A stretch of DNA of 64,000 bases from Psammoneis japonica (lineage: Eukaryota). Position numbers and translations under genes: made by a program. The stretch spans positions 310,001 through 374,000 of the forward strand of contig QPGO01000052.1 of NCBI GenBank assembly GCA_008632985.1, read 5' to 3'. The notes beneath the pieces were generated by a model that worked only from the letters and a program-made list of their open reading frames with translations, was not told the origin of the DNA and did not search any database. This document shows, piece after piece, positions 1 through 11,744 of this stretch. Numbering within the stretch: position 1 is the stretch's first letter; every line of letters starts with the position of its first letter.

Positions 1-1075
1 TGTCACCAAGAGAGCTGTTCTGCAGAGGAAGAGGGAAACAGGCAACAACATTTTGCAAGAACTGTTTTGTGTCAATGGCCGGGTGGGATGGGGCAGCATC
101 TGGACTTTGACGGAGCATTTGGTGGACAAAGCTTGAGCACAGAGAGCTGTCCACTCAAGCTCCACAAGTGGCACATTTCAAAGGTGACACCAATGTGTTC
201 ATGCATCAACATGCCTCAAGCTGCAAGTCACACAAAAAACCACCACCAACCTTTCTCAACCAACCACGATCACAGACAGAACAGGTCAAGAGGTTCGAAA
301 CAAGAGTGATTACTTCATTGACTCTCTTCTTGTTTCATGCATTCAAGAGCTTGTTCTTGTCCTTCTCAAACGTTTGTTGTGCATTGTTGTCTCTTTTAAT
401 TCAAGTGCAAAGAGGAGCCACTTTTCTTGTTTCTGTCTCTTGAGATGTTGTTGGTTGTTGAGTGATGCAATTTTTGTTGCTTGTCACATTTTTGGAAATG
501 TTGGCAAACCCGATCACTGCTTGATTGTCGACCCATTTGCTGTTTTGAGTCTCCGTGGCATAAAATGCCACAATTCCAGAGCCCTCAATTGTTTCATCAA
601 ACGCAGTGCTTTGAAACACGTCCAACATCAACTCGACTCAGTTGAAATCCCAGTTTGTGGGCGATGAAAAATCACGAATGTCAAACAAATGACTGCTTTC
701 GACATCAAGATCCCCGAGTTCAATCCAAATGTGACGGCGCGCCTCACAGCTTGTGGCCATGACACACACAAGCATGCCTCATTGTTGTCATCGCGTGCAC
801 TCGCATCGAAAATGCTGATGGATCAAAGTTCAGGAAAAGGATGGAGTGCAAATTCATTTGTGCACTCACCAGAGTGGCATTGGCGCAATGACACCCACGG
901 CAGAAGCGATCAAAAATCCTTGTTCATCATTGACATTTCTGCATTGCTCAGAATTTGAAATCTGACCACCACCGTTGAGCATTTAGCTTTCTTTGTGTCG
1001 AAGTGGAAACGACACTTGACGATTTGCACCAACCATTTAGCTTTCTTTGTGTCGAAGTGGAAATGACACTCAACG
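1..1075. mobile_element. Decayed repeat/transposon-like DNA, TpA-depleted block 1 (runs off the left edge)
   Basis: Almost no TA (the few left are TTA/TAA) and excess TG/CA. Composition matches the copia-containing blocks. No recognisable intact ORF; family not identified. Confidence 0.5.
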
Positions 1076-1112
1076 ATTTACACTAACCATTTAGCTTACT
1101 TTGGCTCGAAGT
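980..1112 (+). repeat. 54-bp tandem repeat, ~2.5 copies
   Basis: Unit catttagctttctttgtgtcgaagtggaaa... starts at 980, 1034 and 1088. Confidence 0.9.
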
Positions 1113-1448
1113 CAGACAATGAGATTGGGTTATGGGCTTGTCGTTAACCAGCCACGAGCATGAAATCTTTACCAAAAATCTGATTCAGCGTTCTCCCCCA
1201 ATAAATTTTCTGGAGCGTTACATTTTTCTACGCGCGGTTCTACGGGGCGTGAGCACTCCCAACTGGGAGGTCTGTATGTGGTACGGAAGAGAGGAGTGGG
1301 GCGTGAGACTCCTCCTGCAGTGGGCCGGCGCGAAAAGAAATGGAGAATTCGGGTCGGTGGACAGACGACCCACGACTAACGGAAGTAAATAAATGAAAAC
1401 CAAAAACATCGTCGAGAGTTGTAGAGTTGTTGCATCTCGAAGCGCAAC

Positions 1449-2514
1449 ATGTCAGCTTCGGGTGCTGTCGTAGAACCAAATGCCGGTGCTGCTGTCGTGC
1501 CAGCTGCCGGAACGGTAGTCGAGCCCGCTGACGCTGCTGTTGCACCATCACCGGCCGAAAACATGTTTGCGGCCATTGTGCCCACTCTGCCGGTGAACCA
1601 TCAAACTGCCATTGCTTGGTTGGCTAAGCAGAACCAACTTGATTTCGAAATTTACCAAACCGAGCTAGCCCGCATCAAGGACCAAGCAAAGGACCAAGCA
1701 AAGGACCTCGCAAAAGAAGCGTTTGCTGAGATGAGGCAGAGCAAGGCTGATCTCAGTCGTCGACTGAAAATCGCACCAAGGAGATCATTGCGCTTCTTAC
1801 ATCCTCGAAAGGAGAAGAGGAGACGGTGCCTCACCTGGCGGACGATACGGAGGAAGAGGCACAAGAGGCAATGGAAACTCCGAGGAGTAAGTAAATGAAA
1901 AGGCACATCAAATACATGGCATATACTTCTTTTCATCATGTAACTCACATATGTATATCGTGTGTCATTCCTACATCACAGAATCTTTTCTCTCTCGCGT
2001 TTCGGGTGCCGTCTCTTATGTTTTCACTCCTTGCAAGAAGGAGACTGATTCTCTAGGGTCTGATATTTCTTCGGACGGTAGCGAGTATTCGGTTGATGAA
2101 CTCGATTCTATCACGGACTCCGATGCAGCATCCTATGTTTTCACTCCTTGTAAAAGGAAGGCTGATTCTCTAGGGTCTGGTATTTCTTCGGACGGTAGCG
2201 AGTATTCGGTTGATGAACTCGATTCTATCACGGACTCCGATGCAGCATCCTATGTTTTCACTCCTTGTAAAAGGAAGGCTGATTCTCTAGGGTCTGATAT
2301 TTCTTCGGACGGTAGCGAGTATTCGGTTGATGAACTCGATTCTATCACGGACTCCGATGCAGCATCCTATGTTTTCACTCCTTGTAAAAGGAAGGCTGAT
2401 TCTCTAGGGTCTGAAATTTCTTCGGACGGTAGCGAGTATTCGGTTGATGACCTCGATTCTATCACGGACTCCGATGCAGCGGGTGACGATTCTGCCAACA
2501 ATTCGAATCTTTAG
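1449..2514 (+). CDS. Putative orphan gene (Ala/Pro-rich N-terminus, coiled segment, acidic Ser-rich repeat C-terminus), possibly frameshifted near 1760
   Basis: ORF 1449-1898 plus ORF 1951-2514. Candidate intron gtaagt ~1887 to cacag ~1981. After ~1760 the +1 frame (STENRTKEIIALLTSSKGEEETV) looks more protein-like. Confidence 0.35.
2014..2480 (+). repeat. 117-bp (39-aa) tandem repeat x4, near-identical
   Basis: Units start at 2014, 2131, 2248 and 2365, encoding SYVFTPCKRKADSLGSDISSDGSEYSVDELDSITDSDAA. Confidence 0.95.
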
Positions 2515-4622
2515 TATTTGTTGTCATATGGAGTGGTGATTCATTCGCAGAGAAACATGTCGCTGCACTCATCGCAAGCAGCCCTGAAACTTCATTTTCT
2601 GTACTCACTTGGTGCCGTACTTTTTCAACTTGTCGATGGTCCTCGCACCGTCAACATGGTCGGTCCGCCAGTAGTAGTGTAGGGTAGAAAAAGTTGCTAT
2701 TCTAGTAACCAGATTGTATCAGGGAAAAACAGTGTTGCTTACATAGGATACATTGTGATAGCACTGTGCCGGTACATTAGATTAAGATGGAATAGTTCAT
2801 TCCGCGGTTTTTGTTCGGAAACCCACACGGTAAGTTGCGTTGCGCTTCACAGGATGAAAAACGCTACGCTTGAATTGCTGCACAGGCTTCCACATAGATC
2901 ATTCACAAAATTAAGTGTATTCCATACAGCGAACTGAATTGACCTTACTCACTCGATACTCGCTACAGATAACGCCACATCGTCGTCCTTATCCCAGAGA
3001 AAGAAAAGCGGCGTCGATAGAGCTCTGCTTTTTCCACTTACTCCTCATGGCAGAGAATATATCATTGTGATATAGTTGAAATAATACGCAACACTCAATG
3101 GGTCTGCAGATTTCACATGCTCTGCAGCATTTGCTTCCTCGAGAGCCAAACCCTTCCATTCTCGACTCTTGGCGAAGTTTACCAATAATGTTGGCGTCAG
3201 CAGTCACAATGTATTGACGTCAAAGTCTTTCGGGTCGGAGCATACAGACACGGTCAATGCTGAACATCCCTGCTTGCAAGCGGGAGCAAGCGTACCGATT
3301 CGAACTATCTATAGAAATCGAGTATAGCTACAACTTTCCGACTTTCCGCTGCCTTTCAACAACAACGGACCTTCTCTGCTGCAGCACATTCTTCTTCTTA
3401 CCACCGTGGAAGAGTATTATCTCCCGCCATACTACAGGAAAATTGAACATCCAGAGCCTTGTCAAAAAAAGGCTTGCTCTTCCTTTCAATCGATTCGGTG
3501 TGCTCGGACATCGTTCTGACACCTGCATTAGTCAACCCTTGCTTACTGATTCGAGACATGTTGCGCAGAAGAGTGCAATGAGTTGGCACAGAAGTCTCTC
3601 ACCATCTCAGTGCTCGACCCAACACAGAAACTCTAAATCTGATGACGTCGGGAGGGTCGTTTAGGTCATGGTGCTGTAGACAGCGGGAAATCCAGCCCAA
3701 TGATCGCTGGGCCTCCCCTGAATTGTGCCATCCGCGCCCACGGTTCCCATCTCATTTCGAAAAATGCCACACGTCTATCTTGTAACGACAACAAGCGTAG
3801 GTTGGAAGCAATCGTCAAGGGAAATAGCTTTTCACGAGCGCTCTTGTTGATGTGCCAACACTGCCCCTTCTCCCGTAAGAGGCTTTCTTGTTTCACGCCG
3901 TCATCTGACCAAGTCAACTTGCACTGTAGTCTCACTTTTGCAATGTGCACCAAGCTTGGCTGCGCAGACCCGGCGATAACAATTCGAAACATAGGACAGC
4001 AATTGCACCGTTGTTTGTTCAACTTTGCCTTGCAACATGCCGCACACGGTGGGTCATCAACTGCATGTCCTCCAAGCGGCGATTTCCACTGGCTGGAGAT
4101 TTTATCTTTTCGCTCCAGAGCAACCGACTCGTCTCTTCTTAAAAATGTGCTGTCTGCTGTCTAGCTAGAAGAATCCGTAATGGGCACTGAAGCTCCCGCA
4201 TCATTTTCTTTTAAAGACCTTTGTGCGAACTGCCTCATTTAAGACCAGATGTTTCGAATGTCGACACAAACGCTGCTCGGTGGTGGTGTGATGCGTGATT
4301 GTCGGAGGGATTGAGCTCGAATTATCGCAAAAGCACGATCAACGTTCATTCCGCGCTTTTTCTGCTGTTTCACCAGACGCCAACTGGCCCAGCTCTGAGC
4401 AACAGTTTCTTTTGCAGCCGAACGACGAATTTGTAAGATCGAAGAATCGGCAGGTGCGTGTGCAGTGTGTTGTCGGAGACAGCTGGCTTGAAACGAATAA
4501 GACGTCATGGTCGATTTTCGGGCTGGGGGTGATGCGATGTGATGTGCGGCCTTCGAGCGTCCGTCAGGCGGCGTGGAGCGTCCGACCTGCCTCCGTAAAA
4601 TCCGGGTGTCTTTCTGCTGAGG

Positions 4623-4663
4623 TGTGCGCATTTTGTGCGCATTCTGTGCGCATTTTGTGCGCA
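4623..4663 (+). repeat. 11-bp tandem repeat (tgtgcgcatty) x~4
   Basis: Read directly; sits at the left edge of TpA-depleted block 2. Confidence 0.85.
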
Positions 4664-5590
4664 GGCCTTGCACGCGGCATTTTGATGTGTTTCAGGACAA
4701 ACCTGTTGTCATGCGTGGGACTCCTTCTTCAGCTGGAAGACAACAGTTCTTAAATGCAGACAATTTGTGACAGACACACTCATTTGTTCAGCTTGTTGCG
4801 ATCAGCAGCTGGCTGGGCTTGGCCTCGCAGCCTTGCTGCCTGGGTGGCCGCAGCTGGCAGCTGTGCACTTCCCCCTGGGTGTCTCTTGCCTTGAAGCTCT
4901 TCACAAGCTTTTTTTTGACCAAGCTCTTCACAATGTTTCCTGCTTTTGGTGCTCATCTTCTGTGCTGCAGAGTGCGGTGCTGCCGTGCTCTTCACCTTTC
5001 AGAGGGCGACGGGCTCCAGTCCCAGGCGGGACTTTTTGTGACATTTGGCCAGCAGAATTCTACGTGCGAGCTCCGCATTACAAGAATTCAATTGATGGAC
5101 ATTTTTGTCTTCAACATCAAATGAATGACCAAGTTTGTGGCGCAATTGTGGCCATTGCCGCTTGATGTTTTCGGCAATCTGCCTGCCCTGCGCCACTCTC
5201 AAGACATTTGCAAATGGCGCAGAAGAAAAAAATGTCAAAAGTTGTTGGACGGATCGCTCAATGAGTGCACCACAAAATGACACAAAATTTCAGAAAAGTC
5301 ACGTGCCTTTCCACGTGCACAAAATGCGGTGCGATCCAAAGAACCATCGATGTCACAGCTCAGCAGCACGAGGCCCCACCTGGAGCTGGAGCACGTCGGG
5401 CTGCCGGCAGCCCTCGTGCAGTTGGGGGCTGGAGACGCAGAGACCAGCCTCACGCTGAAGAGCAGCACAGCCAAGCTTGTGGGGCCAATGCTTTCTGTCT
5501 TTGTTCAGTCTCATGTGGCACCTCTTTCCCAAATGCCGTGCTTGGTGACGTCCTTGGCAAGTGCAAATTTTTTGGCACCTGGGTTGCCAG

Positions 5591-5783
5591 TGACAGAATG
5601 CCAAAGGTGAGAGGTGACAGAGGCACAAAGACTCCCTAAAGTGCCAGGACTGTGACAACATGAGTGCTGGCAGATGAGGGAGTGAGAAGCAGATCTCAGA
5701 GAGATCTGCTCGTCCATCTGGATGGTCCGGTCATCATCCATGTGCAGTCTGTCCATCACACGATGTGTGTGGGCAGGCTGACA
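5591..5783 (-). mobile_element. 193-bp LTR (3' LTR of a copia-family element), copy A
   Basis: TG...CA ends (tgacag...ctgaca). On the minus strand it is preceded by the polypurine tract aggggatgg. Homologous to 10434-10626. Confidence 0.85.
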
Positions 5784-8270
5784 CCATCCCCTGATCTGCA
5801 ACATCTCAACACAGAGAGTGGTGCAGATCAAAACAAAGAACAGGGATGATGCAAACAGACTGGACAACAAAACACAAAGTGTCCAGGCTCAACTCGTAAT
5901 TGCAAAGGAACCACACAGCACAGGGCAATGGCATCTCCAAAAAGTCTCCAAAGGCAGCTGGGCACATGTGCTGATCCAACGGAGTCTTCGACAAAAAACA
6001 TCAAAGGCAGTTTCCAACAAATCTTGAAGACAAATTGAGTCTTGCACCAAAGAAATGAATTTGTCAATCAACAAGCAATCGATTGCAGAAAGACATTCTG
6101 GCGAGTCACACTGTCGCCAAATCTCATCGGAAGGGATGGGGCCAGAAAATGCAAACCCACCATGGCGGACAGTGCGGCAATGAAGAAGCAACAGCAATCC
6201 ACCTGACAAAACAACACTTCTGCCACCGGATGTGTTGCCCCTGAAGAACATGTTGGACAAACAAAATGCATCGTGTGGTCGCTCAACATCGGAAGAACAG
6301 TGACGCATCGCAGGTGAGCATCGCAAGGCCTTCAAATGATGGTCGTCAAGTGAGGTTTCTTGATTGAATGTGACATTCTCAACAGCCTGATGTGCTTCCT
6401 CTGTGCCATGGGAATCCCTCCCCTGATCTAAAAATGTGGGGTCATTGTCGGGGACAGTCGACAGGTCAGGACCACCAGGAAAAACACCACTCGACACCAC
6501 AGCGGTCTTGACAGCGAAGGAAGAAGGCAACATGCTGGAAGAGTTGGTGTGATTGTCAATCGTGCACAGTTCTTCTGCACAATGTTGCTCCCTCCTTTGA
6601 CAAGAAAATGAAGGATCATCATCAGCGATGGTGGACAGGTCCGGAGTGCCATGAAAAGCACAAATGGACGCGACAACGGTCCTGACAACGGAAGAAAGAG
6701 ACGGCACAGCAGAAGGTGGTGAGACTCGGTGGCCCTCTTTCACAACAACCCCGCTTCTGTTGGTCTTGTTCGGACAATGGAAGGAATGGCGGCGTCGCAC
6801 ATCCAAAATTAACAACGGCCGAGCCAAAAATCTGAGGACGAAGTAACCTGACAACCACCAACAGAGCTCTGGCTGCGTCCACAGGTGTCACTCGCATCAT
6901 GTGACGGTGCCACAGAGGCAGCAAACAGCTCATGGGTGACCTTGGTGACACAGCATGATCCATCCAATGGATTCAAGCAAGCCCCATTGTGTGAAACAAC
7001 AGGATTGCCAGACACAAAAAACTTTGGGGTCTTGAGCAGGCAAGCGTGGAGGTCGGCGGGAAATGCCACCAATCCGGCAGACAATGCAAGTGAACCGGTG
7101 CCAACAATTGCAGATGGCTCACTCGCAGGAACCACAACAGACACAGGAGACTTGACATCTGGCGCAGTGGCATTCATGGGATCAATCCGAGCACCCGTTG
7201 AGATTGCACCTTCATCTTGAGTCACATCTGCATCATCTTGGCTGGAGGACTTGGTGGCGGCGTCCATCTTGGAATCTTCAAATGCATGATTAGTCAAAGA
7301 CAAGGCCAGAGGTGAGGAAAATGGCAAAGAGGCTTTCTCACATCCGTCATGGTCACCGGAAGGTGAAGGGTCTGGATGGCGTTGATCCTTTGCATGAGGA
7401 GGTCCGTCCATGCCCTCATCGAAGTGTGCACTCGTGTCCACCTTGATCTGAGAGTTTTCAGGATCCTGCCACAGGACGTGCTTGTTGGCATCAGATGAAC
7501 AACCAAGGAAAATGCCCTTCTTGGGGACGGGGCGCAACTTGGAGTGACGGGAACCGGGTTCTCAAACCCAAACACGAGAACCAATTTCAATCTCCCCAGT
7601 GGCCTTGATGTCAGGAGTCATGTCCTGATCCACAGACACAACAGGTGCAGTGGACTCTCCAGAAGACAATTTGGCAGGCGCAATGGATGATGCAGACCCC
7701 GATGAGGAGCCACACGACACATCAACAAGATCATGAATGCTTGCAGAGGGAAGAGGTGCACTCATTGTTGGAAGAGGCACAAGAGCTCCTTGTTTTGCAT
7801 GTGGCACACAATTGGATGGAAGATGCATGTCAGCACCTCCAGGATGCATGGTTGCATTCGCATGGAGTGGCGCAGTTGCTGATGAAGGACCACGCCCAGC
7901 CGTGACGGAATTAGAGACGCCAATCAACAAGGAATTCATGCTCGTCGCTGGATGAGGTAGATGTTCTTGTGGAGGTTGACACTGGGGTGACGCGTTCCAG
8001 CCCCAGGTGGGAGCTCGTAGCACTGACGTGTGACACCAACAATTTTTGTCATCCGTCGCATGTTTCGCACGCAGATTTCTGCATGTGACATTTAAAAAAA
8101 ATTGTCCAGACTCGCTGTTTTGCGAAGCCCCAGATGTTTTACATGACGAATTTATAGAAACAACAATGCGCCAGTTGCATTCTTCAATGTCTGAAGAATG
8201 TAACTGGCCAAGTAAAAAATGATGTGCTTCAATCATGGGCAAGTTTGTGCGTTCGCAAAATTGCTTCATT
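5591..8270 (-). mobile_element. Degenerate, internally deleted Ty1/copia derivative with an integrase C-terminal fragment (~7410-7585)
   Basis: GSRVWV*EPGSRHSKLRPVPKKGIFLGCSS...VLWQDPENSQIKV..AHFDEGM resembles the copia post-integrase motif (GCRVWVR..KL....KGIFLGY...YDP....K....FDEG). Has 3' LTR and PPT. The upstream boundary is approximate. Confidence 0.65.
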
Positions 8271-10433
8271 TTCTGTTGGCGATCATTGACATTTTAACAA
8301 CCGCATGATTTTGCTGCGGAGCTTGCACGCAGAAGTCTGCGGGCCCAATGTCACACGGATTCCCACCTGCGTCTGGAACGCGTCGGGTGCATCACATGTG
8401 GGAGTGCCTCCACAATGCTTTGCAGTTGTTGAGCCCAGTTTGGTTTTGCCCATTTGAGGATTCCCCAAAATGGCCAGGGTGAGGGGGAGTTGCCTTGCCC
8501 TTTTGGGGGAATCCCGGGAAATGAGGGTAATTTTGCGGGAAGGAACGCCTGAAAGGGCTCAGGGGAGGGGAACAAAAACGAATGGAATGCGGCAATGTAC
8601 GGCAAACACAGTTAGGCGGGTGTGCTTTTATCACCATGACGACCGAGCGAGCGAGCGCTCGAGCGAGCGACGCGACACGATGCAACGACAATGATTGCAT
8701 CGACACATCGACACAAAGCAGCCCCTTGTGGAAGAGTGAGGAAAGAAGAAACTTTACCATCAGATCAGCCACATTAATGTTGCTTGTGCGAGGTTCCATT
8801 TTTGCCTTGTCCTTTGCTCTGGAGCCCTTGTGGTTTGCATTTGTGACCACGCGACACAAGAAGGAATGCATGGCACACTGTGCTCTGCAAACAAGATAGT
8901 TCAAAGGAAAGAATGAGCATGAACACTCAATCTGACATGTTTTTTATCAGCCCAGCGAGGCTCCACTTTTGCCTGAGCCTTCACTTTGGATGCCTCATGG
9001 TTTGCATTTGCAGCTGGACAACAACAGTGATTCTAAACGATCCGCTTCATTCTGAACATGAGATGTGTCGACTGGAAAAACAAGCAAGACCATTCAATCC
9101 ACCACATTTTTGTTCGCCACAGACAGCTCTGCTTTTGCCTTGGACTTTGCCACAGATGCCGCATGGCTTGCATGTTTGTGACCGCACGACAAAAGAACAA
9201 GTGCAACGATCTGTCAATGCACCATTTTTTTCCAAACACAATCTGTCAAGCTTCCACTCATTTTGTGTTTTATGCTGTCGATCGTAATGTTGTTCACTGG
9301 ATTGACTGGTGTCATCATTGTTTGACAAAAGCTGTCACAAAGGGGACGCGAGCCGCTCCATGGCGTGTTGCCCACCCTTGTTGCGATTGGTTGATTTCAA
9401 TTCTGATGTGTGGTTCCGCACGTGCCGGCATGCAGAACACGTGGAAATGTACGAGAGGGGAAGCATGGGGAATTGCCGATGCATGGTTTTTTATTTGTGC
9501 ATTGAGCACATGCATGATGAAGGGCAATTTGTGTCGATTCCCCGGGAATTCACCCTTTCCGTAGAAAAACAGGGTAAAAGGTGGCAATCCCGGGGAATTT
9601 TGTTCAAAAACACGGCAAAACCAAACCAAGTTGTTGAACATGGCTGTGTGTGACATGACGTGATGTCATGCTACGTCATTGCGAAATGGTCCATGCACAT
9701 CAACGAAGGATTCATGCTCGATGACTGTGGAGCCGTGTGAGCTTGTTTGGATGCATGTGGGGAAAGAGAAAACTCTTTCCAATCTCCATAATTCCATGTC
9801 ATGTCAGGATTGAAGTGCACATGGTGCGCTGACACAAGAACACAGAGAAATTGCTCGTGTTGCTGAAGATTCAACTTGATCATGGTTGAGAGACCTTCAG
9901 GCATCAAACAAATCGCGTGAGACTTGGCAGGGTCCACAACGCAAAAACAAGCTTCATCCACAATTGTCTTGATGGACTGCACGTCCACAGGATCCACCGT
10001 GTAAGGTGGAACAGCTTGATTTGTGAGAAACTCACGGAGCAAGTCAACAAAATTCTTCTCAGGCCAAGTGTGTTCTGGATCGTCGAAGAACGGATCCAGA
10101 TCCAATGTGGCATCCGCATGCAGCCCATTCAGGGACATGTGGATGTGCGGCAGAGTGACATGTGCTTGGAACTCACAACAGATCTCTGTGTGACAGACTT
10201 GGGAGTGGCCTTTGTGAGGTCGGGAGACGCCATGGTTTTACTTCGTGAAAACATTTTTGGTCATGCACGAGTGGAAATCTCGTGTGTTTCTACGAGCGTG
10301 AAAAATGCCGGGAAAGCGAGACAAAATCCTTCCGGGAACAAGAGATGAGGCTTGCTCGATCGGCTCACAAAACAAATGAGTCAAAACGGAAAGCTTGGCG
10401 CAGAGGTCTGTGGCACAGCGCAAGGCCACAACC

Positions 10434-10626
10434 TGACAGAACACCAAAGGTGAGAGGTGACAGAGGCACAAAGACTCCTCAAAGCACCAGGACTGTGATG
10501 ACACGAGTGCTGGTAGATGAGAAAGTGAGAAGCAGATCTCAGAGAGATCTGCTCGTCTGTCTAGATGGTCCGGTCATCATCCGTGTGCAGTCTGTCCATC
10601 ATGCAACATGTGTGGGTGGGCTGACA
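10434..10626 (-). mobile_element. 193-bp LTR (3' LTR), copy B
   Basis: tgacag...ctgaca; PPT aggggaggg at 10627-10635 (minus strand); lies 180 bp downstream of the copia RNase H end. Confidence 0.9.
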
Positions 10627-10805
10627 CCCTCCCCTGATCTGTGATGTCTCAACACAGAGAGCAGTGCAGATCAAACCAAAGAACAGGGATGATGTGAGGA
10701 AAAAGCAGAGAGACCAGACACAGGACACGAGAAGTGTCCATGCCCAATGCGCAATCAAACAAAGGGGCAATGCGCAGCAGGAAGGCCACCGCAGAAGAAA
10801 AAGTC

Positions 10806-11744
10806 TCAACAGCAGTGTCCCATCATGCGTCGAGCGTGGCGGGCGTGCAGCACCCAGCCAAGAGCCTTGGCAAGGTCATCGCCAGGGTTGATGATGCCAG
10901 GGACATGTCTTGTGACAATCTTGCCCACTTCCTTCCATTCTTGGATCACAAAAAACTGGATCTCAATGTGACGGGAGCGCTTGGTTGGAATCGAATGATT
11001 GATGATCTTGATCGCCGATTCGTTGTCAATGTGCAACGGGGTTGGCTTTGTCTGAGGAAAGCCTGGGTCTTGCAGGACGTGACAAAGGCAAAGAACATGC
11101 TTGGCAGTGGTGCCAGCAGCCCAAAATTTAGCTTCCGTAGAACTCGCAGCGGTCACAGATTGGGTCTTGCACCGAAAGGACACAGCAGCACCGGCTGACA
11201 TGCAAGCACAGCCGGTCGCAGAGCGACGGTTGCGGAGGTCATTGCCATGCGCAGTGTCCAAGAAAGCGATGAGTTGATGGTCACACTCAGGACAAGGGAA
11301 CGGTGGTAAGGTCGGGTCAGGAGTGAGACGTTCGAAGGGGCACGCGGGCAGTTTTGGGTCTCGGGTGGGCTTCTTGCAGTTCAATTCCCAATGCTTGGTG
11401 CGTCTAAGGTGCTTGCAGACTCCTTTGAGCGCATCACAGTGAACCATGGCGGGACAGGTGGAGAACTTGGAGAGGGCAGTGACAGCACACCCAATGTCCA
11501 AACGGCACACAACGTGCGCACACAACAATTCACCAAGTGGAGTGCGGCACCCGAGTCCAGTGGCTTGTTGCAACTCTGCATGTTCCGGAGTTCCTTCAGC
11601 TGGACCAACAGCAGTGTAGAGTTTGCGAACAGAGTCGACCGTCAGTGGAGCAGGGGGGGGCAGGTGAGGCAACCTGCCACTGGTTGCGATGTGTGCAGTG
11701 TGTCCTTTGCCGCATGTGCTTCTTTGCACCCTCACCCTCACCAC
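10806..11744 (-). pseudogene. Ty1/copia (CoDi-like) pol fragment: RT C-terminus plus RNase H, 5'-truncated and hypermutated
   Basis: LGELL..VCRLDIG.AV..LSKFS, DTAHGNDLRNRRS.TG, SSTEA, IDNESAI, RSRHIEIQFF, VPGIINPGDDL.KALGWVLHARHARRMMGH. Confidence 0.93.

Noticed and set aside
980..2480. 54-bp and 117-bp repeats as CRISPR arrays
   Set aside because: The units are contiguous with no unique spacers, there are no cas genes and the context is eukaryotic.
2755..4600. Short ORFs in ordinary-composition DNA
   Set aside because: No recognisable motifs or consistent exon chain. They may be a decayed gene, but this cannot be supported.
5591..10626. The two LTRs as 5' and 3' ends of one intact retrotransposon
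   Set aside because: Both carry a PPT and the same 3' UTR on the same side, so both are 3' LTRs of separate insertions. The pol fragment lies outside the pair.
10806..11744. Alternative genetic code or ADAR-type RNA editing
   Set aside because: Host genes use standard Tyr codons, and both A>G and T>C occur on the same strand.
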